A DNA stretch of 63,658 nt from Octopus bimaculoides (lineage: Eukaryota), in NCBI RefSeq assembly GCF_001194135.2, contig NC_068989.1, forward strand, positions 38,771,543 through 38,835,200. Direction: 5' to 3'. Below are positions 25,901 through 41,431 of the stretch, in pieces. The notes beneath the pieces were generated by a model, which was not told the origin of the DNA, ran no database searches, and saw nothing but the letters and a program-made list of their open reading frames with translations. The number at the start of each line of letters is the position of its first letter. Positions within the stretch are counted from its first letter, which is position 1. Both the position numbers and the translations under genes were made by a program.

Positions 25901-26188
25901 ACACACCCTGTGTGTTAAGTGTGAGGCAAGGGAGCAGAGGAAGAGTAATGGTTGGGAGGTTCCTTTAATCTAGCAGCCTCTTCAGAGTTGATGGTACAAA
26001 AATATGCATCCAGTACACAACTGTACATTAGTTAGTGATATGAAGGGTGTCTAGCTGTAAAAAGCATATTAAATCTAAAACTTTCAAGCAAGATGTGGAG
26101 TTCCAACCTGTTGGATCCTGCCAAAACTTCCAAGTCATGTGTGTGTGTGTATATATACAAACACACGTGCAAATATATATATATATTT

Positions 26189-26233
<45 letters not shown>

Positions 26234-26291
26234 AATAGATATATCACCATCTTCCAAGTCATGTGTGTGTATGTATATATACACACACATT

Positions 26292-26348
<57 letters not shown>

Positions 26349-28636
26349 TACATACAAAAATATTAACTATTTGTGTGTGTAGGTATTTTCATATACACTT
26401 ACACATACACAAAAAAATATATGCATTCATACAGAAAGCATGAAAAGGATAGGTAACAATTGTGAATATTAAATGTACATATACACACATGTTTATCAGT
26501 TAAAGAAAAAGCGAACTATATATTCACATCATAATATTGATGATCACATATCTATTTTTCCTTACTCTAATTTTAAATTCTATTGTTATTAATTTTTCAT
26601 GAATGTAAACATTTCATCATAATTCTCTATGACTCAATTCTGTTTTCAGTCTTTTGTGTTTGGTTATAAAATACTCCAGGTTTTCTCATCATTTCATTTA
26701 CTTGTTCTGTGGGTTATACTTTTTCTTTTAATCTTGTGGTTTCTTTGTCTGTGCACCAAACAATTTTTTTTCACTCCTTCTAGTGTTTCCAATGGTACAT
26801 AATGTTTTGAATCAATATCACATGTTTAATTTCCAGATATTTTGCATTCTCATTTCATAGAAAACATCTGAAAAGAATCTATTATGTCAGCTTCTTAAAT
26901 ATATCTATACAACACACAACACAAATATATCTTCTCCAACACACAAACAAACAGCTCTCACTCATAAGTGAGTATGACTTAGAAGCATGTACCACACTTT
27001 CACTAATTGTTTTAGATGCATGTATAGTACTTAGCAAGGGATGAGAGGGTGTCTATAACCTACTAAGTGAAATACTCATAAATACTCATTTTCAGCTGTA
27101 TAGACTGGAGCAGCATGAAACTAAGACACAAAGGATTCAAACTGACAACCTTATAATAACAAGCTCAACTGCCTAACTACTAGGCCATGCATCTCCATTT
27201 CAAATATGAACAATAGTTTAAATTGAATTTATTGCCAATTGTGGTGTTCATGATTTTCTCTGTCATTCATTGTACTAATGAAATGACTTTAACATAAAAT
27301 CAAAATAATAGACCAGGCTGGCTCTAAATATGTGTCTAGTTATCCCATTTCATAGCAACTCATTTGAGACTGCTCTTAATTCTATGATACAAACTTTTTG
27401 TTTTGAAGAGATGTAAATTAAACCTTCCATGAAAATTTCATGTTAATTTATGTTTGAAATGAACTTAATAAGATTAAAGTTATTTTCAAAATTGTTTGAA
27501 ACATGTATTTCAACACAAATATGGTTACATAAGGGTTAAACAGTTACTTTTCTATAAATAAACATGTAAGTATCATTATATGTTTAATAGTGACATTTCA
27601 TAAAAGGGGTTAGCAAATTGAGCATAAAATAAACTGTTAATTTGAGGACAGCAAAAGCATCTAACCTCTTGAACATCAACCTTTTTCAAGAGCTAAAAGC
27701 ACAATGTTTGAAACAAAAGACATTTTCATCCTTGTATGATGCTGTAACATGTCCCATGTTTTGGCCTAATTCATTCTGTCTAATTAAAATTCTTGACCTT
27801 TGTATTTTCAACTCACTTTGTAGAAGAAAACTCTGCTGTAACTCTGTAAAAAAACATTGATCTCTTTTACACCTGTAAAGAACAAGCGGTAGTGAAATGT
27901 TAGATGCAATCATTTAAACCATTTTTGTTTTAGCTGTATTATTTTGCAAGACAAAACAAATTCTCATTTTGCAAAATTCACTTTCTACTTAGCTTGATGT
28001 TGTCTATGAACAGAGAAATATTTTACTGTTAGCTGTTAGTTTACTAGTCCTTGCCACCCAATCATTTTACCAAAAGCATTAGTAGGAAATCTCCATTGAG
28101 TTTAGATAGCTCTTTAATATTATGTTTTATGTTCTTCTTCCTTCTCATGCGAGCATGGAAGGCAGTCGTTAAACAATGATGATGATGAGTACAACCTCTT
28201 GCATGATCAGGTTGTCAGCAACTAAACTGGGATTCCTGCAAGGCTTACCTGGTGAGGAGGGCTGCTAGAAACCCAGCAAGACTAAAAGCAAGATCTGTCA
28301 AAAGAATTGATGAACTTGGTGTAGGTTTAACAACTATCTAGTAATAGCATGGGCTTTCAGAATAGCTGGATTGGTGTCCAGCAAGCTGGAATACCATTGG
28401 GAGTGAAGCACCACTTAGGTTTTGTTAAAGCATGACTGGATGAGAAGGTCACTCTAATATAAAACCAGATATGTAAGGAATAGCATTGATCATTTTGGGG
28501 ATCTTTTTCTTGTGCTTGAGATCATGGTGCTCCCACATTCCTGAGTTTGCAACCCATATTAGCACTAGATATCTCGCCCTGGTTTGTATCTTGTTTATGT
28601 AAGATATGTGCATGCATATATATGTACATATATATA

Positions 28637-28682
<46 letters not shown>

Positions 28683-30216
28683 TATATACACACACATAGA
28701 TAGATAGACAGATATACATTGACAGACAGTCGGATTGATCGATCAGTTGATTGATCTCTGTCAAACAATCATAAACATGTACAGTTCTGAAGTCAAATAC
28801 ATTGTTTTACTGCGAGGAAGATGAAAAGTCTGAACATTTGAAGCTGAACCTTCATCAGAGAGGAGGGTTTTCTGATGGATTTATTAACTAGAACTCTATT
28901 TATTCAGTACTATCAGAGAGTGCCACTTTCCAATGAAGGATTTTACCAAAAGGTATAAACTTTTCCTCTTTGTCACGCCCAACCATCGTATTCCACCTTA
29001 GAATAATGTATACTGGTTAATTACAATGCAGACTATTATTTTTTTTTCTCAGATTCTACAACCTATTTAGTTACATACTTATTTTGTCATGCCAAAATTT
29101 TCTGCTAGTATAGATTAAGCGAATGATGATGTTTCAAAACCAAACTGTGTTCTGTTTTATTTAAGGCATAGTATCATCTACTGAAGGAAGAATTGAGCAT
29201 AATTGTTCTTAATTCTAACTTTCATGAACCACAAATATTTACTGGGTTGAAGGTTAGTTCCAGTTTCGGTAAGATTATGTGCCTGTTGCTAATATTATAT
29301 TTTACACCTCTAAGAGCTCTGAAACATTATATATCACAAGAGAGCCACAATATAGTTACTCACCCTCCTAGAAAAAATGCCTAATTCCCAATTCTTTCAA
29401 ATCACATCCTGCCCTCTTTAAGAAGGAAAAACACATTAGATAATGTAGTCACAGTTGTATAAAATGATGGAAAAGCTGTCTCAAATACTCTTGATCAGAA
29501 GTCTGCCAGAATCAGAGATGATTTAGGGTTAAACAACAATAACAGTAACAACAAAATACCTTAAAAGTGGTGAGTCAAAATATCATAAGACTACACTCAA
29601 AATGTATGAGAGAGTGTTGTACTTTGAAATTTTATAAAACTAAGCACTGTCATAAAGTAAAAGCAGCATGAATTAATGTTGCAGGCCCAGTAACTTTAAT
29701 TAAATAAGACTATACCCATTTCACAGAAAGTTAAGCTGTGGACAATGTTTAAATCAACCAAAGGCAAGAGCAACAGTTCAAAATCAAAACAAAGAAAATT
29801 TTAATGTGTTGATGCACCAAAGTCTCAGTTAATTAAAAGCGGAATAAGCAATGTAAAGAGATGAAGAATAATCTCTTTGCTCATTGACAGACACAGTGAC
29901 AACTCTGAAAATATTTGGTCTTATTACACCTCCTGTCTAAAGTTGATTGGAAAATAAATCGATCAGAATAAATAAAAAACATAACTGTTTTAGGTTAATA
30001 GTTATATCAATCTTTAGTGCCGAGTTCACTATGAAGTTGAAGAAAAACGAGTCATCACTGGATGTACAAGACAGTCAAAGATTTCAAAATTATTGTCCAT
30101 GGTTTTACACTTCTGACAATTACTTTGAAATTTTCTGTCTGTTATTGCTTTGACTACCGATATTATGAGGTGTTTAAAAATACGACACTGTTTTTTATGA
30201 TTATGGGGTTAGAAGA

Positions 30217-30261
<45 letters not shown>

Positions 30262-30773
30262 CTCTTGCAATGAATCACATGATATAATAATTTCTTTTGG
30301 GGGAAGAAAATATAATTTGTGTAAGTACATGTGTAAATATTTGCATATGTTTTACAAGTATGTTTATAGACACTACAACGGGATGTTTGCAAATACTTCT
30401 ATGATGGACTTCATAAACCAACATTTACTTTTCTTCGAAAATTGGTACATTTCCAAGTAGTCTGAAATGGTTATAAATAATTGTACTCCTTTGACAAGTT
30501 AATGGTAGAAATATGCTTTGTAGTAGAATAACATATAAACACTACCTCCAAAGACACTGATGTAAATAAAAATAGTTAATATGTGTATGTATGTTTATAC
30601 ATACTTACATATGTGTGTGTGTGTATGTATATATTCATACATGCATACATAAGTATTATATATACATAAATACTTGTATACATCTGTTTATATGTACATA
30701 TGTTTAAGAATATATATGTATTTATACACATATTATGATTATACACTTATGTATATGCACACATGCGCACACG

Positions 30774-30809
<36 letters not shown>

Positions 30810-33800
30810 ATTGTGTTTATTTATTATTTTAACATTAACTTTAACTTTTATCAGTTAGAAATGCTGAAAAGCTTTTTTCTGTTATTTATGTTTCACACTA
30901 AAATTTTGTGTCTATTGAATAAAATTCAGACATCAATATTGCCTTTAACTTCATTAAAAAAAAAGAAAAAATACAATTAAAATATAAGGAATAATTAAAT
31001 AAACTGTAAGAAATAAACAGAATTAAGAGAAACAATAAATTGAATAATTTTAAAAAGAAATAATATTCTTTAAAAAAAAACATAAATGAACAGTAACAAA
31101 AGCAATAATGGGAAATGTTTTTACTGATAGAAGCAGTTAATAGTATTGCCATTTAAGTAGAGATAGGCTCTTGGCAATCTGTCTACAACCTATTTATCAT
31201 AATCTTCAACATTTTTATGTCTATTTTTCCATGCTGCTATGGGCTGGATATAATCTGCTGCACAGCATATTGACAATCATCTTAGTCTTCTGTGAGGTCC
31301 AACATTCTGAAATTTAACTGCATCATGTCTTCTTATGTCTTCTCCCATCAGATAAATAAGGGACTTATTGTCTTGACCCTTAGGTACTGCAAGTAGAATC
31401 AATTCTGTTACATAAATCTTGATCAAGTCCCTAGTCTGGTGATAATTTCTTTCCTCTCTCTCACTGATCTCTGAGATTTTGAAAAAGAATTATAGGCACT
31501 ACTCTATTTCTTTTGTCTAAAAATGGGTAGGCAAAGTGTTAGTGTTAAATGTAACCATAGATTAAGTCAGATTACTTCGTGTCTGTAGCTAAAGCTTTTC
31601 AGAAATACATTAATGTCACAATATCCATTTCCCCACCATTTGAAGACGTTGATAACTTGTTAAAGGGGTGAAGATATGATGACATAATTAAGAAATGCAC
31701 TTTGAAATTACATGCATTTGTGTTTAATTGTTCTACACTACACATCGGGTTTTTACTGTCATACTTTCAGTTCTTTGTGTCAGTGATATCTGGTAAATGG
31801 AAACTGTTTGGAAACTTGTTATAAAGACCAGTCCTTATTTTAGTGTGAAATATATTTATTACCTGCTTTAGCATGACTGCCTGGCTTGTAAATGCCTTTC
31901 CAATGTCTTCTGTTCTATTGCAAGATTGAAGTTAGGTGTCAGGTCTGAACATAACTTCCTTTCTTCCTGCAATCAGTGTTATACACCTTGAAAAAAGGGT
32001 CACGGCCACAGCTTCCCTTTCATGAGATGTAAAAATATTGAGAATGTATTTTTTACTGTGTTAATGAAAATACATAAGAACAAAATGTGGCATATATGGG
32101 ATTGGCTTAATGCTTGAAAGAGTATTGAAAGTGAACATGGAGTACTACAACATTTATGAGGTTAGTCCTTCTTCATAAAGTAAAAGAGAAACATGGGGAG
32201 GAAGAAAGAATTTGTGGTTTCTCTTAATTCTGTTTATTTCTTACAATTCATTTAATTATTCCTTATGCTTTAATTGTATGCTAGTCATTCTTCTCAAAGC
32301 AAAGAAAAAATATGGGGAAGAAGAGAGAAGTGATGTGCACAGAACAATTCTGAAAAATATAAAAAAATGAAAGACAGGAAAGGGGAAGAGTTCAAAGTTG
32401 AGGAGGATATCAGTCTAAGAGGAAGAGTCAAGAAGTTATGTGCAATGAGAGTGTAGATGCAATCTATCAGACATAAATATCTTTTATTAACAATATAACA
32501 ACTGTATTGATAGTACTATTAACAATCATAAAATCATAATATACAAGAACAGTTTTAATGATATTGATATGAAATAATAATGATGAGTAACAACAGGTTC
32601 AAAAACTAAGAAACAAACAATACAGATGAATGACAAGGGAAATATATAACAAAAACTAAGGTCCGAAAAGATAAGATCTGTATTTAGTTGTGGTGGCTCA
32701 AAAGATCATTTAGCATAGAGTTTATTGAAAAGTTTTGGAAATGTGAAATTAAATCAGATATCTTAGTGTGAAGATGATCAAATGAATGTTTATGATGTTG
32801 GAGTGAGGGTAGTGGCAGAAATCTAGAGAATGAAAGTTTAAACATGTCAATAAAATGACTGAAAGTAGTAGGTGAGAGTGGGAAGAGAGAAGAAAGAAAA
32901 GTTTATACTTGATGGATAACATGTGAAAAAGAAATCATGTGTATATACTCGTCTACGTGTGGTTATGTATATGAATACACACACACATACAAATGCATAA
33001 GTAGCCTGTATATGAAAGTACAAACTTGCTTTCAAAGAGTATGACATCTCTGCCTTTTGATCCCACCTGTGCATTAGATGTGCATTTTGATGTACTGTGC
33101 TTGAAGTTCTATGTCAGCATGGAACATGGGCATTAAAAGATGATGATGATAATAAGATCTGTTATAATAATATAACCATTATTAGATTCTAGAGCTTCAA
33201 AGAGTAGATCCTTACAGATGGTAGAGTAGACCCTCACAATATCAAATGAAACAAATCTACAGTTGATTTTGCTTTTGATATTGTTTACCTGCTTAATGGT
33301 GGCACTACTGCAGTTCCATTTTTTAAGGTATTTTTTTGCCTGATCCTAAAATTTGAAATCTCAAGTAAATTTTTGCTGACTATGCCACTTTTTATTGGAT
33401 TGAACAGTGTATATTTATGGTCCCCTAAGGAGTGACTTTCCAATAATTACTGTACACTTTACAAAAGGTGTCACCACCATTTGACTTCCATCTTTGAGGT
33501 TATCAGAAAACTAAATACTCAACCAATCTGTTACATTAACTTTCTCTTGTTACATAAATGGTTGACTTTGTCTTAGATCTTTTTATGAAATCAAGGTTAA
33601 CACTTAATCCAGATAATAAACTGTCTTTTTTAAGAGGCTTTATGAAGAAATTTCTTTCTCTGAAGGTTAAAGAGGTTCTGAATTTCTAAGCTGAATTTCA
33701 TTTCTCTGAATTTCTATGTATAAAAGTGTTCTTTTATGCATCATAGAATAGATAGCTTATTTGATTATCTTTAATTTTATTTTTTGTAATTCTATGATAT

Positions 33801-35414
33801 TGAACACATCATTGACTTAATTTTAAGAGCAAATAGAGATTATATGTAAAAAGGGCTCCATAAAACTTAAATCTTAAATGATAGTAATTGACAAGGAATA
33901 TTTGCAGCAAAGTTGTGAAAGTGTAAAGAAGTGGGTGGGGATAACCACTTCAGCCTCCCATAATATAATATCATTCCAGTAGTTTTTAAAGATATGATGT
34001 AAAGGATTCACATAAGTTTCTTACTAGCACTTTAACCATTGTTATTGATGATTGTTGTTTTATTTCTTTTAGCATTATTAGTTGTTACTCTGACAAAGTT
34101 TATTTTCAAAACATTAAGGCACAAACAGGTATGGATGTATAGTTAAGACTTTCACTTGTCAATAGTGTGGTTTTGGGATCAGTTCCACTGTGTAATACCT
34201 TCGGTTTCTATAACAGATCTGGGTTGATCAATGCTTAGTGATGGAATTTATCTGAAGGAAAGTTGATGGAATTTAGTTGATGGAATTTAGTTGATAGAAA
34301 GAAGCCCATCATACACATGCATACACATAAGTATGTTTATATGTGCACATATTGTGTGGGTATGTGTGTGTTTGTCTGTCTCTCAATATTTTGACATTGT
34401 GTGATAGTTATAAATAAGTATCATGATCAACCAAGTGGTGTCTCACATTTCCAGTCTTTGTGAAAACATGTCTGGACATGAGAAATATTGATTTCAAATT
34501 TTGGCATAAGGCCAACAATTTTGGGGGAGAGGTAAGCTGATTACATCGACCCTAGTATTCATCTCGTACTTATTTTATTGACCCTGAAAGGACGAAAGGC
34601 TAAGTTGACCCTGGCAGCATTCGAAATCAGAATATAAAGTTGGAAGAAATGCAGCTAAATAGTTTTCTGGTGCAGTTATGATTTATCAGATTACTGCTTT
34701 TGCCATGAGAAATATTAACTTGCTTGGAAACAGTTGAAGTTTAGCAACAATAAGCATATCCAGCCATAGAATATTTGATCCAATGAATTCTGTTTGACCT
34801 ATGGAAGCATGATAAAAAGTGGGTATTAAATTGATGATGACGATGATGACATGGCTTATTTTGCAGGATTTCATAAAGAAAAAGAAAAAGAAAACCAGTT
34901 GACCCTGGAGTTGAGTCTGCATCTAGAAAGCTTCTTTCCTCAATTATTTCCTGTTATGTTTGTTAGTACTAGTTACTCACTAGACTGTTGAAAGAACTAA
35001 CTGACTGGAAGAATAACTTTGGAAGTTCCTTTTTTTTTCTTCTTTCTTTTGACTCTTTATCCACTCAAAGATAACAGATTTTGGAAGAGTAGTTTATGAA
35101 TATCTTGAAACTGAATTGATTTAATTTTTCATTCCAAAAATAGGTAATTATGTACCAAGCAGAAGAAAATCCTTATGTTCAACTTTTACTGTTTACCTAT
35201 CATGTATTTCATTGTATCTTTTCATCATTAGCTTTTCATGCAGCTTTAGTGACCGATGTTTAATATTTTACATTTAAACTGTATTTGAATCTTTTTGCAA
35301 GTTGAGATTGGTGCTGTAGGAAAATTTAGATATTTTCTCATTTATGTTCTTATTTAGATATTCAGCACCAAGTGTGTATTCTATAGTCTTGGAAATTCCA
35401 AGATATAAAGAAAC

Positions 35415-35466
<52 letters not shown>

Positions 35467-35639
35467 GTGGAGTGTGTATGGCTTAGCTGGTAGTCACATC
35501 AGGAAATGTTGAAGTAACTTTTCTTGATGTGGATTAAGGTGTTTTTCCCCACCTAAATTGTAGATATTAATGCAGAAGTTCTCAAAAATGGTGGTGATTG
35601 TGTTTTGGTTACAAAATTACTAGGTCTTATCAACACAAG

Positions 35640-36300
35640 TTTGAGTGTTTGGTCTGAGTTTGAGGTGCTGTTGTTGGGAGCTGATGATCATTGTTGTCTT
35701 TAGCTTTATCTTATCTGTTCGGTATCCACTGTTAATACCTAGGAAGGTATATACCTCTTTCCTTTTTTATCTTTATCATGTTTGCCGTTTCATTCCAGAG
35801 TATTTGTGTGTGAATAAACAGCTTTCATTGATACACTCCCTCTTTTTCCTGACAGAAAAATAATGGAGTTTAGTTGCTGCTTATGTAGATTATGTACAGA
35901 TAATAGCTGTGTTAGGCTTTTACAGTTGGCTATATTATTTGGGAGATCTGGTTGCTAAATGTCTTTATTTTCTGTCGCTGGAATTATTCACTGCTTGCAT
36001 GTCCACTGAGATGTTTTTCTGTATTGTACTTTCTATATCATTATCTCAGATTGTATGGCAACTGAATCAGTAACCAATGCATCTATCCCAGAGGTTTGAT
36101 GGTTGAAATGACAGGAATGATTGGAGTATAAAGCCAAAGTAGTCATTCATCATTTTTGTTGATAAGCAGTAGGTTTTGTGGGCTATTTTCAGGTGTTTAT
36201 ATTTTACTGATTTAACTTGTAGGATATCATCCATGATGAGGCACCTACTTCATGGATTTTAGTTTATCATATTGATACCAGTTCATTTTTCAATCCAGTA
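35640..36300 (-). mobile_element. Possible decayed retroelement coding fragment
   Basis: Non-repetitive, coding-like minus strand with many stops; family not determined. Confidence 0.2.
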
Positions 36301-36667
36301 CTTATTTTATTAATCTCTGTTTCACAGACTATGAAGTTATCAGACTTAGACAGATGCAACATAAGAGTAGTATGAACATTATCCCCACAACCACACACAC
36401 ACACACACACACATTCACCTCACTCACACATACATATAGACAGATGGAGACATGCAAGATGGGTTTGTCCAGTTTTCAATAACCCATTCTATCGAGAAGG
36501 TATTGGTCAGTCCCTGATTAAATTAGAAGCCACAAAGTTCTAAATGGGGGATTAAACATATTTTACCATATGCAAGAATTTTTCCTCAGCAAACTGCAGT
36601 GAAATTGTCTTTAGAAGTTAAGATTAGTCACTGACATATATGAACTAAAGTTTATATGTATTTAAGT

Positions 36668-36699
<32 letters not shown>

Positions 36700-37989
36700 A
36701 TCAGTATATACACACACACACATACACACACACACACACACACGCACATATGCATATACACGTATATATAGGTACACGCACGCACACACACACACACACA
36801 CACACCTACTAATATATATATGCATATAATCTCTGTTCAGCTGCATTCAAACAAGTTGGTAAACACTAATAAAGGCGTCTTGTCATGATAGCATTTTAGC
36901 CAAGTTTGAATTCAAGCTAAATTGGTTAATACATCAGCACCATATTTAGATATTTAGTCATCTCAGTTATTTAACTCTGTGATCTAATCAACGATAAAAG
37001 TAGAGAGACAAATTGATAATATACATGAGCTTAGATAATAGATTTCTCTCACAGCGATTGAATTGACTTCCTTAGGCAATGCACATAAATTGGCCTATCT
37101 CAATAGAAATATATTTTACAACCTAATAAGTCGCAGTCATTATTTATTCTGTAAGATTTTGAAATTTTGTTGCTGTAAGAACATCACATTTTATCACACA
37201 CATATTTATTAACATCTATGGTGAAATGAAATTAAAAAGAAGAGGTTTATATGTTTCAGATGCAACTGAGTTAATATCATAGTGATACTGGGAATGAGTT
37301 ATGATCTAATACTTTTGGTGGTGTTTTCTGTGTTGTTACCAAAGCCTGACATATTTAAAATAGATGTAATAAGATGAATGTGAGTTTAAGACAATATTAT
37401 CCAAGGTGTCCTTCGTTTTTAAGACAGTAAGATGTAATTTAAAGATTCTGAGATTATTTCTAGCACTCTGAATAACCATGACTTAAATATATATGAAAAT
37501 TATGTGCTTGTGCATTGTGAATGTGAGCTTCTAAACATTAATGATTTCTTAACTGAATGCTAATATAATTTAGTTAATAATATAGGTTGTCTATTTTCCA
37601 TATTGCATAAGTGATGTAACAATCACAGTCATTTGAGAGAATAAAGTGCAGGTGCTTTAGAAAACTTCCAGTGATTTAAGCTTGTCATTTACAATTGTAG
37701 TAATTATTCTCTATGGAGCCTTTGCTCTTATATCCTGTTTGGTGTAAGGAGACCATATGAAATAGAAAGAATTCAGATGGGTCTGCAGAAAAATAGAGGT
37801 GAGAATCTGGAGTGACTGAAAGGAAGATCTTGCAGTCTAAAATACACTTTGTAAGCCATTTTATTATTCTCATGTCTTTTTTCTAGATTAAGTTATTGTC
37901 AACCCTGATTTTGTTGGATGTCATGAAAGGATTTTTAAAAGAAGAAATTGATATTTAGCCCCATTTTGTTCACCAAAAGGGGTTAATCA

Positions 37990-39330
37990 TAGTATGTTAG
38001 TTACCTCACAGAACTACAGCACAGAGATCGATTGGTTTTGTATATCTTTAATGCCTCTCGGCGCTTAATCCCTGATAACATTTTGGTAGTTTGAGAGGAT
38101 TCTATTGATGTACGAGACAAGTTTCTCATACATCAATAAAATGTTATAGTTAAATCTATCAAAGGCTTTGCTTAAGACATGTATGTGGCATCAATATTTG
38201 ATGTCATATTTGCATCTTCAAAGTACTGTAGAATAGTGTTAGAAAGTTTCTGCCATATTGAAATCCATGCTACTTTGGATTTGTGCTTTATCGTTGTTCT
38301 CTAGTAAAGTAAAAGACTCTTAACCTCTATACTCCAGTATTTTCATCATATGAAACATCTGTTTATGGTTTCTTTATGTGGAGAAGTATGTGTCAGGTAT
38401 ATAGTATGGTGACTGATCAGAGATCAGAGTTCTTGGTGCAGTCATTAGTTGGTACTGACTTCAAGATAAGACAGCAAATTTATATGGATTGAGTCTCAGA
38501 GTATTGTTTTATCTCTTTATAGTCTTGTTTGTTGAGTTAATCAGAATTAATATTTAGGGAGCTGTATTCAGTGATGCTGCCTTCCAGTGTTAACTTTAGG
38601 AGGATCCCTGAAGATGGAGTAGCTTTACTTCAGTTCTTTCATCCAATAATTGAGGAAATGGAATGGTCAAAGGAGTGAAATAGAAATCTTTTTTACAACT
38701 TGCTTTAATGACTTAGTCAAAAGAAGAAATAGTAGTGTGTTTGTGATCATTTTTCTGACTTCCTAGTCTGGTGGAAGGTAAGAGGAACGGAGGAAATCAT
38801 TCTTAGTCCAGAGACTTAACCTAACATTTACTGCAGAATAGACTCTGTGAAAGACAACTTCAGGTCATATGAGAATGTTAAAAAATGTTAAAATGGGTGA
38901 AAGATTAAGTCTACTATCCTTGATGTAAAGATACAATTTGGGGTTTCATTTTATTTCCTAAACCTTTTGAGTGTTCAAATGTTGTCGTCAAATCAGTATT
39001 TTTTAGAGTTACACATTGGTACAGCTGCCTGGTGTTAATATATTTGTTCATTCATTTTCTGGGTTTTATGTCTTAATTTCATGTTGATAGTTTTTTTCTC
39101 TTTCTCTTTGATTCATGATTTTTTTTTAATTAGGAGAATTGAGTGTTTGCTTTGATGTCTGAGGAAGTATTTGTAGAGGAGGAGCCAACAGAAGTCAAGC
39201 TGTGAATAATTGCTCCTCATATCACAAAGTGTAAATCAATGTCATTCAATTTGTGTGTACTGAGTTGAATGTACTTTGTTAAACTTGGAAGGCTAAGGTT
39301 ATACTGCACTATATTGTGAACTCACCAAAT
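37990..39330 (-). mobile_element. Decayed CR1-type LINE (RT region and upstream)
   Basis: Minus strand about 38280-38150 reads *HGFQYGRNFLT..IDATYM-LSKAFDR, matching QHGF..GRS.. / D.IY.D.SKAFD RT motifs. Many stops. Confidence 0.7.
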
Positions 39331-39540
39331 GAAACTAAATACACAAGGCAAAAGAGTATGATTAATAGTATAAATCATTTAATCCACTGCTCTCCATTTC
39401 TGCCACTCGCCCACCAGAATTCCAAAACCAGCTTTGTGAACTTTACAAGCAAGAATGTACAATAATAGTAATAATAATGAAAAAGAATGTACAATGATAA
39501 TAATAACAAAAAGAATGTACAATAATAATAATAATAATCC

Positions 39541-41431
39541 TTTCTACTGGAAGCACAAGGCCTCAAATTTGGGGGAAGGGATTAAGTCGATTACATCGAT
39601 CCCAGTGCATAACTGGTAGTTATTTAATCAACCCCAAAAGGATGAAAGGCAAAACTGACCCCAGCGGAATTTGAACTCAGAACATAGCAACAGATAAAAT
39701 ACCACTAAGCATTTCGCCTGGTGAGCAAATGATTTTGCCAGCTCATCACCTTATACAATAATAATAAAGATAATAATGTTTCTAATTTAAACACAAGGTC
39801 AATGTTTTTGAGAAGTGTTTAGTTGATGTCATCAACAGCAGTATTTGACTTGTACTTTATTTTATAGACATCAGGACAAGGAAAGATGAAGTTGATCAAG
39901 GTGAGATTTAAACTAGAATAAATACCTCAGAGTATTTAGTCTTATACTGTAATGGTTTGGCAAACTCATTGCTTTAATGATAATACCAATATTGATAGTT
40001 TGTTACATAAGCTCATTGCTAAAACGTTGGAGGTGGGGTATATTTAATTCTAATTGTCTTCCACATCCCACTATTTGATTTGTATATAATTTATAAAATC
40101 TAGAAGGATGAAAATCACATTTGATAGCAATTTGAAGACTGTAAAAGGACTGGAATATATACTATAAGGCACTTTGTCATTTAAATATATTACTAAAACT
40201 TTAGATTTCCAATCCCCAACAGTATTAGTCAAAATATCTAAATGTTTCTAAATGGCAATCAAAATAAGTAGTTTTGGGTCTGATGCCTTGAGCAATTACC
40301 TTTGTCCTAGTTTCAGGTTGATCAATATGTATATATACACAAGATTTTGTTGTCATTGAAAACAAGGTGATTTAAACCAAGACTCTAGCAATATTTGATT
40401 TGCACAGAGTTAGACCACTTTCTTGTCACCCTCACCATCATCAATGCAATGTACCAGTGATGTGACTGGCCCATTGTATACTTATGACCAATAATGCTAT
40501 TATGCTGCTGAGATTGCTAGAAGATGGCAGCAAATCAGATATGATTCCTGATAGAAGTAGTGTTACCTTGGATATGGATACTCAACAACAAGCCATGGCT
40601 TGATCAAAACTGGTTGTCAGGCCTTTCAACAATCAGACCACCAATAACCCCAGGAAATATTGATATGTTTCCAACTGCATCATAAGTTGATAAGTGAAAA
40701 GAAAAACCAATTTTAATATAAAATGTGTTTAACCTAACACTTGCCTACCTTGGCCATTTCTGTGATTACAATCCTTTCTACTATAGGCATAAGGTTTGAA
40801 ACTTTGGAAGAGGGAATTACTCAATTACATTGATCCCAGTGTACAACTGGCACTTATTTCATTGACCCTGAAAGGATGAAAGGCAAAGTTGATCTCAGTC
40901 GAATTTGAACTCAGAACATAAAGATGGACGAAATACTGCTAAGCACTTTTGCCCAGCATGCTAACTATTCTTCCAGCTCACCACCTTATTTCTGTGATTA
41001 TAATAATGACTTCTTAGCACAAGATTTCACATTCTATGAGTGAAGTGTAGAGTAAATTCACCCAACTTTTAGTACATTATTTGTACCTTTTATTGACTCC
41101 AGAGGGAAGAAAGGCAATTTCAAACTAGGAAGGATGCAGGATGTAACTAATTACTGAAGTATATTTTACTCAACACTTGTTCATTTCCATCACTCCTCTG
41201 ATTTACAACAGCATAAACAATAATGGTTACTAATCTAAGCACAAGGTTTGCAATTATAAGAGGAGAGCGTAGTATTGACCCCAAATACATCACTGGTACT
41301 TTATTTTATTGATTCAGAAAGAAGGAAAGACAAAATTGACATCAGCAAAATTTGAACTTAGGATATAAAGGGGTACATGAAACACTGCAAAGCATTTCTT
41401 TCAATATCTTAATGATTTTGCCAGTCCACCT
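39541..41431 (-). mobile_element. Array of SINE family A copies in minus orientation
   Basis: ggatgaaaggcaaa..gaatttgaactcagaac..ccagctc copies at 39541-39751, 40772-40987 and 41236-41431, with fragments between. Another copy at 34497-34680. Confidence 0.8.

Noticed and set aside
28200-28440. Possible HDV-like ribozyme in an RTE-like 5' region
   Set aside because: I could not assign P1/P2/P3 pairings; it would need a descriptor search.
28828-28862. Minus-strand CTGATGA-AGG-ttcag-CTT-CAAATGTTC resembling a Penelope-type hammerhead
   Set aside because: The core is broken (CAAA instead of GAAA) and helices I and III do not pair; at best a relic.
37054-37150. Open 96-nt AG/GT-bounded frame on the + strand (IELTSLGNAHKLAY...)
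   Set aside because: No M1 peptidase similarity and no phase-linked partner; consistent with chance.
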